From Oligoflexia bacterium (lineage in GTDB: Bacteria; Bdellovibrionota_C; UBA2361; JBGSMV01), in the NCBI GenBank assembly GCA_019694515.1, contig JAIBBU010000010.1:35496-99495 (forward strand): a stretch of 64,000 bases of DNA, given 5' to 3'. Below the pieces are notes generated by a model. It worked only from the letters and a program-made list of their open reading frames with translations, had not been told where the DNA came from and did no database searches. This document shows, piece by piece, positions 47,390-57,581 of this stretch. The first letter of the stretch is position 1, and every line of letters begins with the position of its first letter. The position numbers were made by a program, and so were the translations under genes.

Positions 47390-48427
47390 TCAGGAGATCT
47401 TCCGCCCTACGGCGCTGACTTCACGCAGTCGCGCTGCAGCCTGCTCCGGCAGCAGGTCGCGCTGCGGCTCGGCGCAGAGCTCAAAGCCCGCAATGAACTT
47501 TTTTACGCTCGCCGATCGCAGAAGCGGAGGGAAGAATACCTGATGCAACCTGAACCCCAGCCAGCTCTGCCCGTCCGATGGCGCTTGATAGAGCCCCATC
47601 GAATATGGAAATGAGCAATCAAATAAATTGTCGTATCTGATCAGCAGCTGCTGCAATAACTCTGACCAGGCAGCCACCTGCTCGGGATGCAGCTCTCCAC
47701 TATGTCTAGCCCCACGGCGGGGCAGCAGCGTTACTTCGAAGGGCCACATGGCCCAAAACGGGACCACCGCCACCCATTCCGAATTAGCACACACGATGCG
47801 CTCCGCTGCACGCAGCTCCCAATCCAGATAATCTCCTAATAGATCTCGGCCATGCGCTTGCACATAATCTGCCTGCGCCCGCGCCGATCGCAAAGGGATA
47901 TCAGGAATGTAAGAGGTGGCCCAGATCTGCCCGTGCGGATGCGGGTTCGAGCAGCCCATAATGGCGCCCTTGTTTTCGAAGATCATGGTGTGCGCGATAT
48001 CGGGCCGTCTTGAGAGCTCGCTATATTGCTGAGTCCAGCAGTTAATTACAGACTCAATTGCTGTTGCCGAGAGGTCAGTCAGAGTCAGATCGTGGCGCGG
48101 TGAGAAACAGACTACCCGGCAGATACCGTCAGCGGCTTCGGCTTTGATAAACGGGGCAGATGGAAGTTCTAAAGCGCTCTGATCCGGAGGAAGCAGCGCC
48201 GCGAAATCATTCTCGAAAACAAAGAGCTCGGTATAGTTTGGATTCTGCATGCCGTTGGCGCGCGTGTTCCCCGGGCAGAGATAGCAGCCGGAGTCGTATT
48301 TCGGACGATTCGGCGGGGGCGCCTTTTCGGCTGCGCCAAGCCAAGGCCGTGCGGCACGGTGGGGAGAAACCAGGATCCATTCCTGCCGCAGCGGATTCCA
48401 GCGTCGGTGGGGTCTATCTAAGGTCAT
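47390..48427 (-). CDS. galT: Galactose-1-phosphate uridylyltransferase GalT (type 1, HIT superfamily)
   Basis: RWNPLRQEWILVSPHRAARPW, CYLCPGN, and the HPHGQIWA active-site motif. Confidence 0.9.
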   Translation of the reverse strand: MTLDRPHRRWNPLRQEWILVSPHRAARPWLGAAEKAPPPNRPKYDSGCYLCPGNTRANGMQNPNYTELFVFENDFAALLPPDQSALELPSAPFIKAEAADGICRVVCFSPRHDLTLTDLSATAIESVINCWTQQYSELSRRPDIAHTMIFENKGAIMGCSNPHPHGQIWATSYIPDIPLRSARAQADYVQAHGRDLLGDYLDWELRAAERIVCANSEWVAVVPFWAMWPFEVTLLPRRGARHSGELHPEQVAAWSELLQQLLIRYDNLFDCSFPYSMGLYQAPSDGQSWLGFRLHQVFFPPLLRSASVKKFIAGFELCAEPQRDLLPEQAAARLREVSAVGRKIS

Positions 48428-48514
48428 GCAGCTGCAATTCTACCGGGACACGAAAGGAATGTCATCTCTCCGGATTGTGAAGTTTGGAACTAGCCCTGTT
48501 TGGCCGCGAAGGGA

Positions 48515-50188
48515 TCACTCCAACGCCAAACTGCTGGGCGGTGCCGGAGCCTGCGAGTCTCCGTCGCAAGCAAAGGCTCCTGCATAACCATTCGAGACAT
48601 GGCAGGCAGGTGGGTTTGATGAAACTCTTAGATCAAAGCTGCTGCGACTGAGAAAGGCCGGATCCCGCTCGACGGAATTGAGATCTTCTCCACGCGCCTG
48701 CCAGGCCGAAAATAGAATTGGCCCGGAATCCGATGTCGTAACTTTCACCGGAGCTGCGAAATTATAAAAGATATTGTTCGATCCGATGTAGTTGGCTGCG
48801 CCTGGCGGAGTGAGGCATTCCGAACGTATTAGCGAGCCGTCTTGCACTGCTTTAGTGCAGGCGATGATATTATTGTAGAATTCTGTGGGGCGGATCACTG
48901 GGCTGGGGGTCGCATTTATATTCACCACAAAGTTGACCGCAGGAACGTCGCTCGATTGCGAGTAAAAAGTGTTGTGTTCAAAACGCGCGCCGACTTGCGC
49001 ACCACCCAAGAGAGCAGCGTTCTCTTTTGAGGCCAGATAATTGTCCCGAAAAATTGTCTGATTGTTCTCGCCAATTGGATTCTCATTGTAGCCCTGCTGA
49101 TAAAAGGCCGGCCGATCGTTGCCAAAAATTCGATTGCCGATGAAGGCCAGTCCGCTTGGATCCGTAACTGATGCGGTATCGTTGCCCGATGCCAAGAGAA
49201 TCGTGGAATAAAACATTGCGAGCTTCGAAGGATTCTTGGTGTCGAAGCAGTTATTAGTAAAGTCAATGTTGTCCAGGTCGTCGCGCCCGTACATGGCGTT
49301 GGTGTTGCCATCTCCTACCACAGAGTTATTGGCAAAAATGTTGCGATGAGTCGGAGCGGCCTTGGAGCGCCGCCAGGTAAACACCGTCGGTTCGTCGCCG
49401 ACTTTATTACGGGTGGAATGGAAATAGTTGTTTCGGATCGTATGCTCTACCTCGGGGGTGGCATAATCAGCATTGAGGGGATTGGTCGAGATGATCGTCA
49501 CTAAGCGGAGCGCGCCTACAATCCATGCGGTCTTGAGGCAGTTGCTTTCCACGATATTACCCTCAAAGGTGAGGGGCGAAATCTTGTCCTGATGTCCGAC
49601 ACTTTGGATATGATTGGCCGCCGTGGCCATCATGCAGACACTGCTGCCGGCGTCATACGTTGTGTCCAGCTGGCTGCAGTCGCACTTAAAAGTCGAGTTT
49701 AGAATGCTGATGTTGGATCCGGCCTCTAGACTGAGCGCGCGATCGCCTTTGATCGCGCCGGAAGCGAGGTCAAAGACACTATCTCTGACGGAGATGTTCG
49801 CAAGCTGGCTTGGCAGCGCGTCACCTTTCAAACTCAAACTTCCGTAGGTCACCACATTTTGAATCGTCACGTTTTGACGATCGGTCACCGATACGTTGCC
49901 GTAGAACTGCCGGTTCTGACCCTTTAAGGTGACGTTGCTGCTGTTGATGGTGATACCGCCGCGATTAGAGCTGGACGGAGAATAATTCAGGCAATAGGTT
50001 CCAGGAGCCGAGATTACATACCCATTTGTACCCCATGCTGCCGAGTCGATAATGGTGCCGTCGACCCCAGCGGTGCAGCTCAGGACGCTAACCGGACGCG
50101 GGGCCGGAGTGGGACAGGGGTACACGCTCTGCGAAAAGACGGCCCAGGGCCATAGTAAAATACCGAATAAAACCGAACATCTAGTCAT
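48515..50188 (-). CDS. Secreted right-handed parallel beta-helix (pectin-lyase-fold) repeat protein
   Basis: Start moved to the Met before the signal peptide (MTRCSVLFGILLWPWAVFSQS). It carries multiple PbH1-type repeats (NNIIACT, NNIFYNF, NNYFHST, NNCFDTK, GNRIFGN, DNYLASK, HNTFYSQ). Confidence 0.65.
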   Translation of the reverse strand: MTRCSVLFGILLWPWAVFSQSVYPCPTPAPRPVSVLSCTAGVDGTIIDSAAWGTNGYVISAPGTYCLNYSPSSSNRGGITINSSNVTLKGQNRQFYGNVSVTDRQNVTIQNVVTYGSLSLKGDALPSQLANISVRDSVFDLASGAIKGDRALSLEAGSNISILNSTFKCDCSQLDTTYDAGSSVCMMATAANHIQSVGHQDKISPLTFEGNIVESNCLKTAWIVGALRLVTIISTNPLNADYATPEVEHTIRNNYFHSTRNKVGDEPTVFTWRRSKAAPTHRNIFANNSVVGDGNTNAMYGRDDLDNIDFTNNCFDTKNPSKLAMFYSTILLASGNDTASVTDPSGLAFIGNRIFGNDRPAFYQQGYNENPIGENNQTIFRDNYLASKENAALLGGAQVGARFEHNTFYSQSSDVPAVNFVVNINATPSPVIRPTEFYNNIIACTKAVQDGSLIRSECLTPPGAANYIGSNNIFYNFAAPVKVTTSDSGPILFSAWQARGEDLNSVERDPAFLSRSSFDLRVSSNPPACHVSNGYAGAFACDGDSQAPAPPSSLALE

Positions 50189-50365
50189 TGAAATCAGTTC
50201 CCACCCGTAGAAAGTGCTGTAGCAAAGTTGAGATGCAAAAACTATACAACGAGGCTTGGGCGCAATGCGACGGGATTTCGGATATATATTGCTGGGCGCA
50301 CAGGACATTGGCTGAGTACGCAGAACGACACCATGTGCAGCTTTCAACAAGGATCGAGGTGGCTT

Positions 50366-51454
50366 ATGGGTAGAGTATTTGCAATTTTGGTGGCGGTAAT
50401 AGTTGGTTTGAATGGGAGGCCCGCCGCGCTCAGGGCGGAGGATGCCAAGATTCGGATTGGCGTCTCGATCCCATTGTCCGGTCCGGTCGCAAACTACGGT
50501 GATGATATTAAGCGCGCCATTACCTTTGCTAATGAGCAGCTCTTTCGTCAGCGTTTCCAATTCCTGATTGAAGATGACAAGTGCGATCCTAAAGAGGCGG
50601 TCATCGTTGCGCACAAGTTCATTGCGCTAGAGAAGGTCAAATATGTGGTTGGATTTGCCTGCAGTGGGGCGTTATTCGCAGCTGCGCCGCTTTATGAAAA
50701 ATCCGGAATCATTGCCATGGGAACTCTGACTAGCGCCGCGAATATTAGCAATGCGGGAGATTTTATCTTTAGGACCTCTCCTAACGATCGCGATGCCGCC
50801 CAGACTCTGGGAGCATATCTAGCTTCGCATTACCGCCGTATCGGCGTCCTTTCGGAGGAGACGGATTACTGCGAAGGGATGTTGGTGGAATTATCTAAGA
50901 CTAAGGGTTTAGATCTAGTGACGGAGCGTTATCGTAGCGGAGAGTCCGATTTTCGGACCTTGCTTCTGCGCTTGCTTGCCAAGAAGCCTGAAGCGCTGAT
51001 GCTCAACCCGCAGTCCGATGAACCTCTGATCTCAATCGTGAAACAAATTCGCGCCGTGGATTCTAAAATTCCTCTGGTGGGCGCCTACTATCCGGGCAGC
51101 GCACAGTTTTTGGGTGCAGTAAAAGGTTTGGCCGAGGGAATGGTTTTCGTTGATATGCCCACCTCTACCCAGCTGATATCGCCAGATAAAGCCCGCCTTT
51201 ATCAACAATTTGTCGAGAAGTACGGTGCATTAAGAGGGGTCGATCTAACCTTTGTGGTTGCAGTCAATGCCATGATCGCAATTGATGGAGCGCTTAGGAG
51301 CGGTGGTGATCTGCGGCAGGCTCTATATCACGGCAAGTTTGAGGGACTAGCGGGACCGTTCAGCTTCGATCGGGACGGCAATGCTGATGGGATTAGTTTC
51401 GTGATGAAACATATCGTCGATGGCTCTCCGCAGCTGCTTCACAGTAAAAATTAA
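50366..51454 (+). CDS. ABC transporter substrate-binding protein, branched-chain amino acid (LivK/LivJ, type I PBP) family
   Basis: Signal peptide, then [33 protein letters not shown] precedes the ATG at 50366. Confidence 0.8.
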
Positions 51455-51724
51455 ATCCAAACGGAAGTTTTTCTAGCGGGGCTGTTTCTTGAGCGGGGGC
51501 GGAGCGCGGGTACGCGACATTATGTCCCGTCGCCGCTAGCTGAGCCATGCTAGCCGGTCCAGGTCAGCCGAGCTTCTTCAATCCTACGGCTTCCCGCAGG
51601 CATCTCTATCTCGTGAATCTGAGCGGTGCCGAGCTGCCGCTAAAATACTTCTAGAAATGATGTTGTAATCGTTTGCTAGGTGTCGGAGAGTTGAATCGAC
51701 AGCCTATTTCGAGGTCCAACCCCA

Positions 51725-53662
51725 GTGCTAAAGTCTTGTATATATTCAATTTTACTAATCGCCCTAGTCGGATGTTCGAGCCTGCCCGACTACCATTTCG
51801 ACATGGGAAAATCACTTTTGGGTTATCCTGATAAAGAGGAGCGCCAGCCGGGTAAGTTTCAGTCCGCACGCAAGTTGCCCTGGGAGAGCTGGAATAGCGA
51901 ACAGGATCTGCAAGGTAATCCCTTGGCGGAGCCGGCTATTTTGCGGGGTGATAACTATGCCCAGAACGGAGATTATCGGCGCGCGCTGACGGAGTACCAA
52001 TCGGTCAAACCAGCGCAGCTCCCGAGCGCTCTTGCCGAGACGTTAAGTTTGCGAATCGGTAGCATGTATTTGGCCCTTGATCAGGCCCAAGCTGCGCTGA
52101 AGGTTACTAGCGATTATTACAAAACCCGCCGACTCTCCGTTGAGCAGGTAGATTTTGCGCCATCATTATTTTTTGGATTTGCCTATGGCCGCATTCAGAA
52201 TGCTGAGCAAAGCCTGGCCTGGTTCTCCAGGGCGCGGTTGATGGCCCAAGCTGATCGTGCCCGTGCGCCATTCGTAGATTCGGGGCTGCGCATGTATCTG
52301 GGATCAATCCCCGATGATCGGCTAATTGGCCTCGAGACCGCGTGGTCCTCCGATAGCTATATCAATACCCAGATCGCCCAAGAGCGAGGCCGCAGACTAC
52401 GCAGCGGCGGACAGTCGACGACATATGCTGCTAACCGACCGTTCTGGTCTAGTCCTCTGGATACCCCGCAAGCGAATACCCCCGGCGCTTTAATAGTTCC
52501 TGACAGCTCGGGCCCGCTGGTGATTGGAGCTGTGCTGCCACTGACTGGCAAGTACGCGGCATTCGGTCAGAGTATGCAGCACGGCATCGACTTAGCACTC
52601 GATGCCTATAGCTCCGCGCCGACCGGAGGAGAAGCGCGGGCAGCAGTTAGGGACTCAGGTGCTACGGCCGATCAGGCGCGCGCCGCCACGATCGAACTGG
52701 TTGCAAGCGAGCATGCTTCAATCATTCTTGGACCGCTGCTTAGCGAGCTCAATGCGCCGGTGAGTGAGATTGCTTCCCAAAATCAGATCCCCCTGATCTC
52801 ATTCTCCAAGAGCAGCAGTTTTCAGGGCAGTTTTAATATCTTTAGACTTGGTCCAACCGTGGAAAGTCAGGTGCGGTCGCTACTCGATGAATGCGAGCGG
52901 CTGGGCTTGAAGCGCTATGCCATCGTCTATCCGACCGATGATAATGGGCGTGAGTTCGCGGACTCCTTCCGTCACCGGGCGGCGCTGCGGAGTCTGCAGA
53001 TTTCTAGTGAAAGCCCCTATACCAAAGGCGATAGCAATGCATTGCTGGCAATCGCACAGCAAATCGAAGCTGCCGGTGAGGTGGAGGCAGTTTTCCTTCC
53101 TGATGGTATTCCAGCGGCGGCGCACTTTTATTCCAGCCTTTCATCCGCGGCACGCGCCAAAATCAAGCTGTTGGGGACCGCCAGTTGGGATAATCAGGGA
53201 GAGTTGGCAAATTCGCGTACCGCCCTAGATGGCGCAATATTCGTAAGTCCGTTCTTTAGCGCCAGTCCGAAGCCGGTGATTAGTCAATTCGTCAAAGCGT
53301 ATCAGGCGAAATACGGAAAGACTCCAGATTTCCTAGCTGCACAAGGCTTCGATGCGGCGACCATGGCGCTCTCTGCCTTGGTGCGTGGGCGTGGGCAGGG
53401 CAATGGATTTTCACAGGCAATTTTCGAAATCGAGCGCTACGATGGATTGACCGGATCGATTCATGCGGTTCAGGATGGCGAGCTGGAAAGAACCTTCAGC
53501 GTGGTCCAGCTCAATGGGGAATCATTGGTTTCGCCGCCTGCAGCCGCAGTCCCCTCTTTTAGTGTAAGTGGGGATTCTGGAATCATCCGTTCCGGAATTC
53601 CGCCGATAGTAGATAAAGGCACAGCTAACTCGAATTCAGGTGATTTTGCGCTGCAGCGCTAA
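51725..53662 (+). CDS. LpoA-like outer-membrane lipoprotein (N-terminal TPR-like domain plus C-terminal type-I periplasmic-binding-protein fold); putative penicillin-binding-protein activator
   Basis: Lipobox LIALVGC|SS. TPR-like helices are followed by LVIGAVLPLTGKYAAFGQSMQHGIDLALDAY, a LivK-like fold. Size and architecture match LpoA. Confidence 0.55.
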   Translation: MLKSCIYSILLIALVGCSSLPDYHFDMGKSLLGYPDKEERQPGKFQSARKLPWESWNSEQDLQGNPLAEPAILRGDNYAQNGDYRRALTEYQSVKPAQLPSALAETLSLRIGSMYLALDQAQAALKVTSDYYKTRRLSVEQVDFAPSLFFGFAYGRIQNAEQSLAWFSRARLMAQADRARAPFVDSGLRMYLGSIPDDRLIGLETAWSSDSYINTQIAQERGRRLRSGGQSTTYAANRPFWSSPLDTPQANTPGALIVPDSSGPLVIGAVLPLTGKYAAFGQSMQHGIDLALDAYSSAPTGGEARAAVRDSGATADQARAATIELVASEHASIILGPLLSELNAPVSEIASQNQIPLISFSKSSSFQGSFNIFRLGPTVESQVRSLLDECERLGLKRYAIVYPTDDNGREFADSFRHRAALRSLQISSESPYTKGDSNALLAIAQQIEAAGEVEAVFLPDGIPAAAHFYSSLSSAARAKIKLLGTASWDNQGELANSRTALDGAIFVSPFFSASPKPVISQFVKAYQAKYGKTPDFLAAQGFDAATMALSALVRGRGQGNGFSQAIFEIERYDGLTGSIHAVQDGELERTFSVVQLNGESLVSPPAAAVPSFSVSGDSGIIRSGIPPIVDKGTANSNSGDFALQR

Positions 53663-53675
53663 AACCAGGAGATTT

Positions 53676-56156
53676 ATGGCAGCTAAGAAGAAGACTCAGA
53701 AGCGGGGACTTAAGAAGAAGGGCGCTCAGGAGCGTTCTAACGGTAGGGCCGGGCGGGTGTTGGGCGAGGCCGAGATCTCGCTTCCCGCAACTCTTCCAGT
53801 TCTGCCGGCCCGAGATCTGGTCGCTTTCCCATCGGTCATGATGTCGCTCTATGTTGGCAGGCCCTCGAGTGTAAAAGCGGTCGAAAATGCTAATGATAGC
53901 GACAAGCTAATCTTGATCCTGGCCCAGCGTGATGTGGAGACCGAGGAACCGCAGCCTAAAGATCTATTTAAGATTGGTGTGGTGGCGCACATCGTGCGAT
54001 CGCTGCAGGTGCCGGACGGGCGTCTAAAGGTTCTGATGCAGGGTATCGTACGCGCGCGCATCAACAAACTCGAGCGTGAGGGCAATTATTACGTCGCTTC
54101 GATCGAGCCGTTGCCTGCTTCGGATAAGATCAAGATTACTGCGGAAGACGAAGTTATCGTCAACCGCATCCGGGAAAATTTGCAGGTTTTAGTGCAGTAC
54201 GAACATTTGCCCGAAGAGATGCTGCTGGTAACCGAGGAGGTCCAGGAGCCGGGGATGTTGTCGGATGTTATTCTGGCGCACTATAAGCTGGACCACTTCC
54301 AGGCTCAGAACGCCTTAGAAGAGCTTGATCCGCTAAAACGCTTGCGCTTAACCGACAAAATTATTACCGACGATCTAAATCAGTTCTTGGTTTCGGAGCG
54401 CATTAAAGACAAGACTCAGCATGAAATGGCCAAGGGCCAGCGGGAATATTATCTGCGGGAGCAGATTAAGCAGATCCAGCGGGAACTCGGTGAGAATGAA
54501 GCCAGTCCGGACGATCTGGGACAGCTCAAGCAGGCGCTCAATACCGCAGATCTACCGGAGTATGCGCTGGCCGAAGCTAAAAAGCAGCTAACCCGCCTAG
54601 AACGCATGTCGATGGAGTCTTCCGAATATGCGCTGCTTAGAACCTACCTAGAGTGGATCTTGGATCTGCCCTGGTCGAAGCGCACCAAGGATCGCATCGA
54701 GCTAAAATTAGCGCAGCGTATCTTAGATGAAGATCATTACGGACTGGAAAAGGTCAAAGATCGCATCCTGGAATATCTGAGCGTCAGAAAATTGAACCCT
54801 GATTCCAAGGGGCCGATTCTCTGTTTTGTCGGTCCTCCGGGAGTTGGCAAGACTTCGCTTGGCAAATCGATTGCGCGAGCATTGAATCGTAAGTTTTACC
54901 GTATGTCGCTGGGCGGGATGCGTGATGAGGCCGAAATTCGTGGGCATCGGCGCACCTACGTAGGGGCACTGCCCGGCCGCATTCTGCAGGGCATGAAACA
55001 GGCCGGCAGCATTAATCCGGTTTTCGTATTGGATGAGTTGGATAAGGTCGGCGCGGATTTTCGCGGTGACCCCGCTTCGGCGCTGCTGGAGGTTTTAGAC
55101 CCGCAGCAGAACAAGGAGTTTACCGATCACTATCTTAACATGAGCTACGATCTCTCTGAGGTGATGTTCGTGGCAACTTCGAATACGATCGATACGATTC
55201 CGGAAGCGCTGCTTGATCGGCTGGAGGTAATCTACATCTCCGGCTATACCACCGAGGAAAAGGTCAAGATTGCGGAGCGTTTCCTAATTCCGCGCCAGAT
55301 GACGGAGAATGGAATTCAAAAGAAAGATGCAGTCGTGGTTACCGACAAAGCGCTGCTGCTGCTGATCGAACGCTATACTCGTGAAGCCGGCGTAAGAAAC
55401 CTGGAGCGTGAGATCGGGTCGCTGTGCCGGAAGCTCGCCCGGGAACAGGCGGAGAAAGGCAAACTCACCAAGAAAATTACCGAAGAAGCTGTGCTGCGGC
55501 TCCTCGGCCCGACCAAGTATGATCCCGAGACGACCGAATCGGGCGATGCGATTGGCCTGGTGCGCGGTTTGGCCTGGACGGCAGTCGGCGGAGAGGTTAT
55601 GCCGGTGGAAGCCTCGGTGGCGAAAGGCAGCGGCACGCTTAATCTGACCGGCCAGCTAGGCAGCGTCATGCAAGAGTCCGCTCAGGCAGCGCTCTTTTTC
55701 GCCCGTTCCAACGCTGAGATGCTGGGACTGGATACTGGTTTTCATCAGAAACTCGATATCCACATTCATGTTCCGGGGGGCGCTACTCCCAAAGATGGAC
55801 CATCTGCGGGAATCACGATTGTCACGGCGCTGGTTTCGGCGCTCTCGAAGCGTAAAGTTTCGCGTGACTACGCCTTGACCGGAGAGGTGACGTTGCGGGG
55901 GAATGTGCTGCCTATCGGCGGTTTAAAGGAAAAAGCACTTGCAGCTTTGAGATACGGGATTAATAAGGTCATCATCCCCTACGAAAACATCAAAGACTTG
56001 GAAGAGATTCCAAAGGAGCAGCGCGACAAAATTAAGTTCATTCCAGTAAAGCACGTTAGCGAAGTGCTGAAGATGGTGTTGATCGGCGACGCGCCGAAGA
56101 AGCAGATCAAGCGCAGCGCTAAACGGCGCATCAAGCCGATTCGTGCGAATGTATGA
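53676..56156 (+). CDS. lon: ATP-dependent protease Lon (LonA)
   Basis: Lon N-domain (LPVLPARDLVAFPSVMMSLYVGRPSS), AAA+ Walker A GPPGVGKTS, and protease domain DGPSAGITIVTALVSAL with the catalytic Ser and Lys. AGGAG precedes the ATG at 53676. Confidence 0.95.
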   Translation: MAAKKKTQKRGLKKKGAQERSNGRAGRVLGEAEISLPATLPVLPARDLVAFPSVMMSLYVGRPSSVKAVENANDSDKLILILAQRDVETEEPQPKDLFKIGVVAHIVRSLQVPDGRLKVLMQGIVRARINKLEREGNYYVASIEPLPASDKIKITAEDEVIVNRIRENLQVLVQYEHLPEEMLLVTEEVQEPGMLSDVILAHYKLDHFQAQNALEELDPLKRLRLTDKIITDDLNQFLVSERIKDKTQHEMAKGQREYYLREQIKQIQRELGENEASPDDLGQLKQALNTADLPEYALAEAKKQLTRLERMSMESSEYALLRTYLEWILDLPWSKRTKDRIELKLAQRILDEDHYGLEKVKDRILEYLSVRKLNPDSKGPILCFVGPPGVGKTSLGKSIARALNRKFYRMSLGGMRDEAEIRGHRRTYVGALPGRILQGMKQAGSINPVFVLDELDKVGADFRGDPASALLEVLDPQQNKEFTDHYLNMSYDLSEVMFVATSNTIDTIPEALLDRLEVIYISGYTTEEKVKIAERFLIPRQMTENGIQKKDAVVVTDKALLLLIERYTREAGVRNLEREIGSLCRKLAREQAEKGKLTKKITEEAVLRLLGPTKYDPETTESGDAIGLVRGLAWTAVGGEVMPVEASVAKGSGTLNLTGQLGSVMQESAQAALFFARSNAEMLGLDTGFHQKLDIHIHVPGGATPKDGPSAGITIVTALVSALSKRKVSRDYALTGEVTLRGNVLPIGGLKEKALAALRYGINKVIIPYENIKDLEEIPKEQRDKIKFIPVKHVSEVLKMVLIGDAPKKQIKRSAKRRIKPIRANV

Positions 56157-56179
56157 CCAGGCCCGGAGCTCGGCGCTTA

Positions 56180-57166
56180 ATGCCTAGGTCGCTATTAGCG
56201 CTGCTCCTCGCTGGAACGCTTGTGGCTGCTTCGCTGCAAGCCGAACCGCAGATCTGTGTTTACACCAATGCTAAGGGCGGGGTCGAACAGACCAACGATC
56301 TGAATCAGATCCCGGCGCGCTTCAAATCAACGGCCAAGTGTTTCACCCCTAAACAGATCAGCGGGAAGATGGAGAAGCCTGCTGAGATCGCCCTGAAGGG
56401 CAATGTGCGGGAGGAGCATATGGGGTCTTCTTTGGGCCCGATCAATTTACGCTGGCCGAGAAAGGTCGAAGTGCTGTTCGGTCGCACACCGCAGCGCGCC
56501 GTGGCGGAAGCGGCTACCGCCGTCAGCCGGGCATTAAAGCACGGCGGATTCTCGGTTGAGCTGCAACGCCTCAGTTTGCCCTGGGAAATTGTGTTCATGG
56601 ACGAAGAGCTGCCTGAAAAGCAGATTCCGGCTTATCTCGTGAGCAATTGCCATCCGGCCTGGATGACTCCGCCCGCTAATATTTATGTGGTGGGTCAGCG
56701 GGTAGTCGCAGGCTGCGGCGATAAGACGCGTCCATCAACCTCTGTAGCCGACGGTCAGTTGGCGCAGGTTCTGATTCACGAAATGGGACACGCCGTTGAG
56801 TATCAGTTGCTGCAAGGAAAGGCCACCCAAGAGCGCATGCTGGCAGAGGGGTTTGCCTGCTGGTTCGAACAGTATGCTTCCGATTTTGCGGCGGTTTTAT
56901 CGAAGGGGCAGGTTGAGCGGCAATACATGACCTGGGCTAAAGAGGCGCTGCGACAGGCGCCTTTCGGAGGGGCGTTTAGTCCCACTGCGCACGAGTATGC
57001 TAAGGCCTCGCTGCTTTTTCATGCGCTCGTTAATCGCGGGGGAATTAGCCGCCTGAGTGATGTGTATGGACGCATGGCAGAGGAGCGGCTGGATTTTTAT
57101 GCTGCTGTGAAACGCACCCTAGGCTGGGATTTGGCAAAACTTTACGCCGAAGCTGCGCGGTTCTAG
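56180..57166 (+). CDS. Secreted putative gluzincin metallopeptidase (HEXXH...E: VLIHEMGHAVEY...EGFACWFE), family unknown
   Basis: Signal peptide MPRSLLALLLAGTLVAASLQA. HEMGH, plus a Glu 22 residues downstream. It lies 24 nt after the lon stop. Confidence 0.55.
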   Translation: MPRSLLALLLAGTLVAASLQAEPQICVYTNAKGGVEQTNDLNQIPARFKSTAKCFTPKQISGKMEKPAEIALKGNVREEHMGSSLGPINLRWPRKVEVLFGRTPQRAVAEAATAVSRALKHGGFSVELQRLSLPWEIVFMDEELPEKQIPAYLVSNCHPAWMTPPANIYVVGQRVVAGCGDKTRPSTSVADGQLAQVLIHEMGHAVEYQLLQGKATQERMLAEGFACWFEQYASDFAAVLSKGQVERQYMTWAKEALRQAPFGGAFSPTAHEYAKASLLFHALVNRGGISRLSDVYGRMAEERLDFYAAVKRTLGWDLAKLYAEAARF

Positions 57167-57169
57167 GGG

Positions 57170-57300
57170 CAATATTTCGAGAACGGAATTCGTCTCCTTG
57201 CGCGCGGTTCTGTCATTGCTGTACGAGTTATGCAATTCGAGGACAGATTTTCTGTCATTGCGAACCCTAGCTTGGCGAGGGTGAAGCAATTCCTAACATT
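57170..57300. repeat. MITE-like repeat, degenerate copy F (CGAATTCGTCTCCTTGCGCGC and TGTCATTGC modules)
   Basis: Read directly. A further partial copy G (CCGCTCATGCTACGGCG...CGCAATGACAGC) lies at about 57437..57500. Confidence 0.6.
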
Positions 57301-57581
57301 AGGTCGATGTAGGCTTTGTCTCCAGATAAACGTAAAAGTTTCTTACGAGCATTCAGACTACGGCGATTGACTGGAAAATGTGCAGAAAATTCTCCTAACT
57401 TTTTCAGTCCAGAGACCATTACGACTTAAAGTTAGGGTTTCTCCGCCTCCGCTCATGCTACGGCGAGGCGGGCATTCGCTCCTATCGCAATGACAGCTCA
57501 ACGCGCACTTGCAGGAACTTCATCAACAGCGCAGCAATGCTGTCCTCGAATTACGTAACCCGTACCTTTTCCAGCCTCGTC

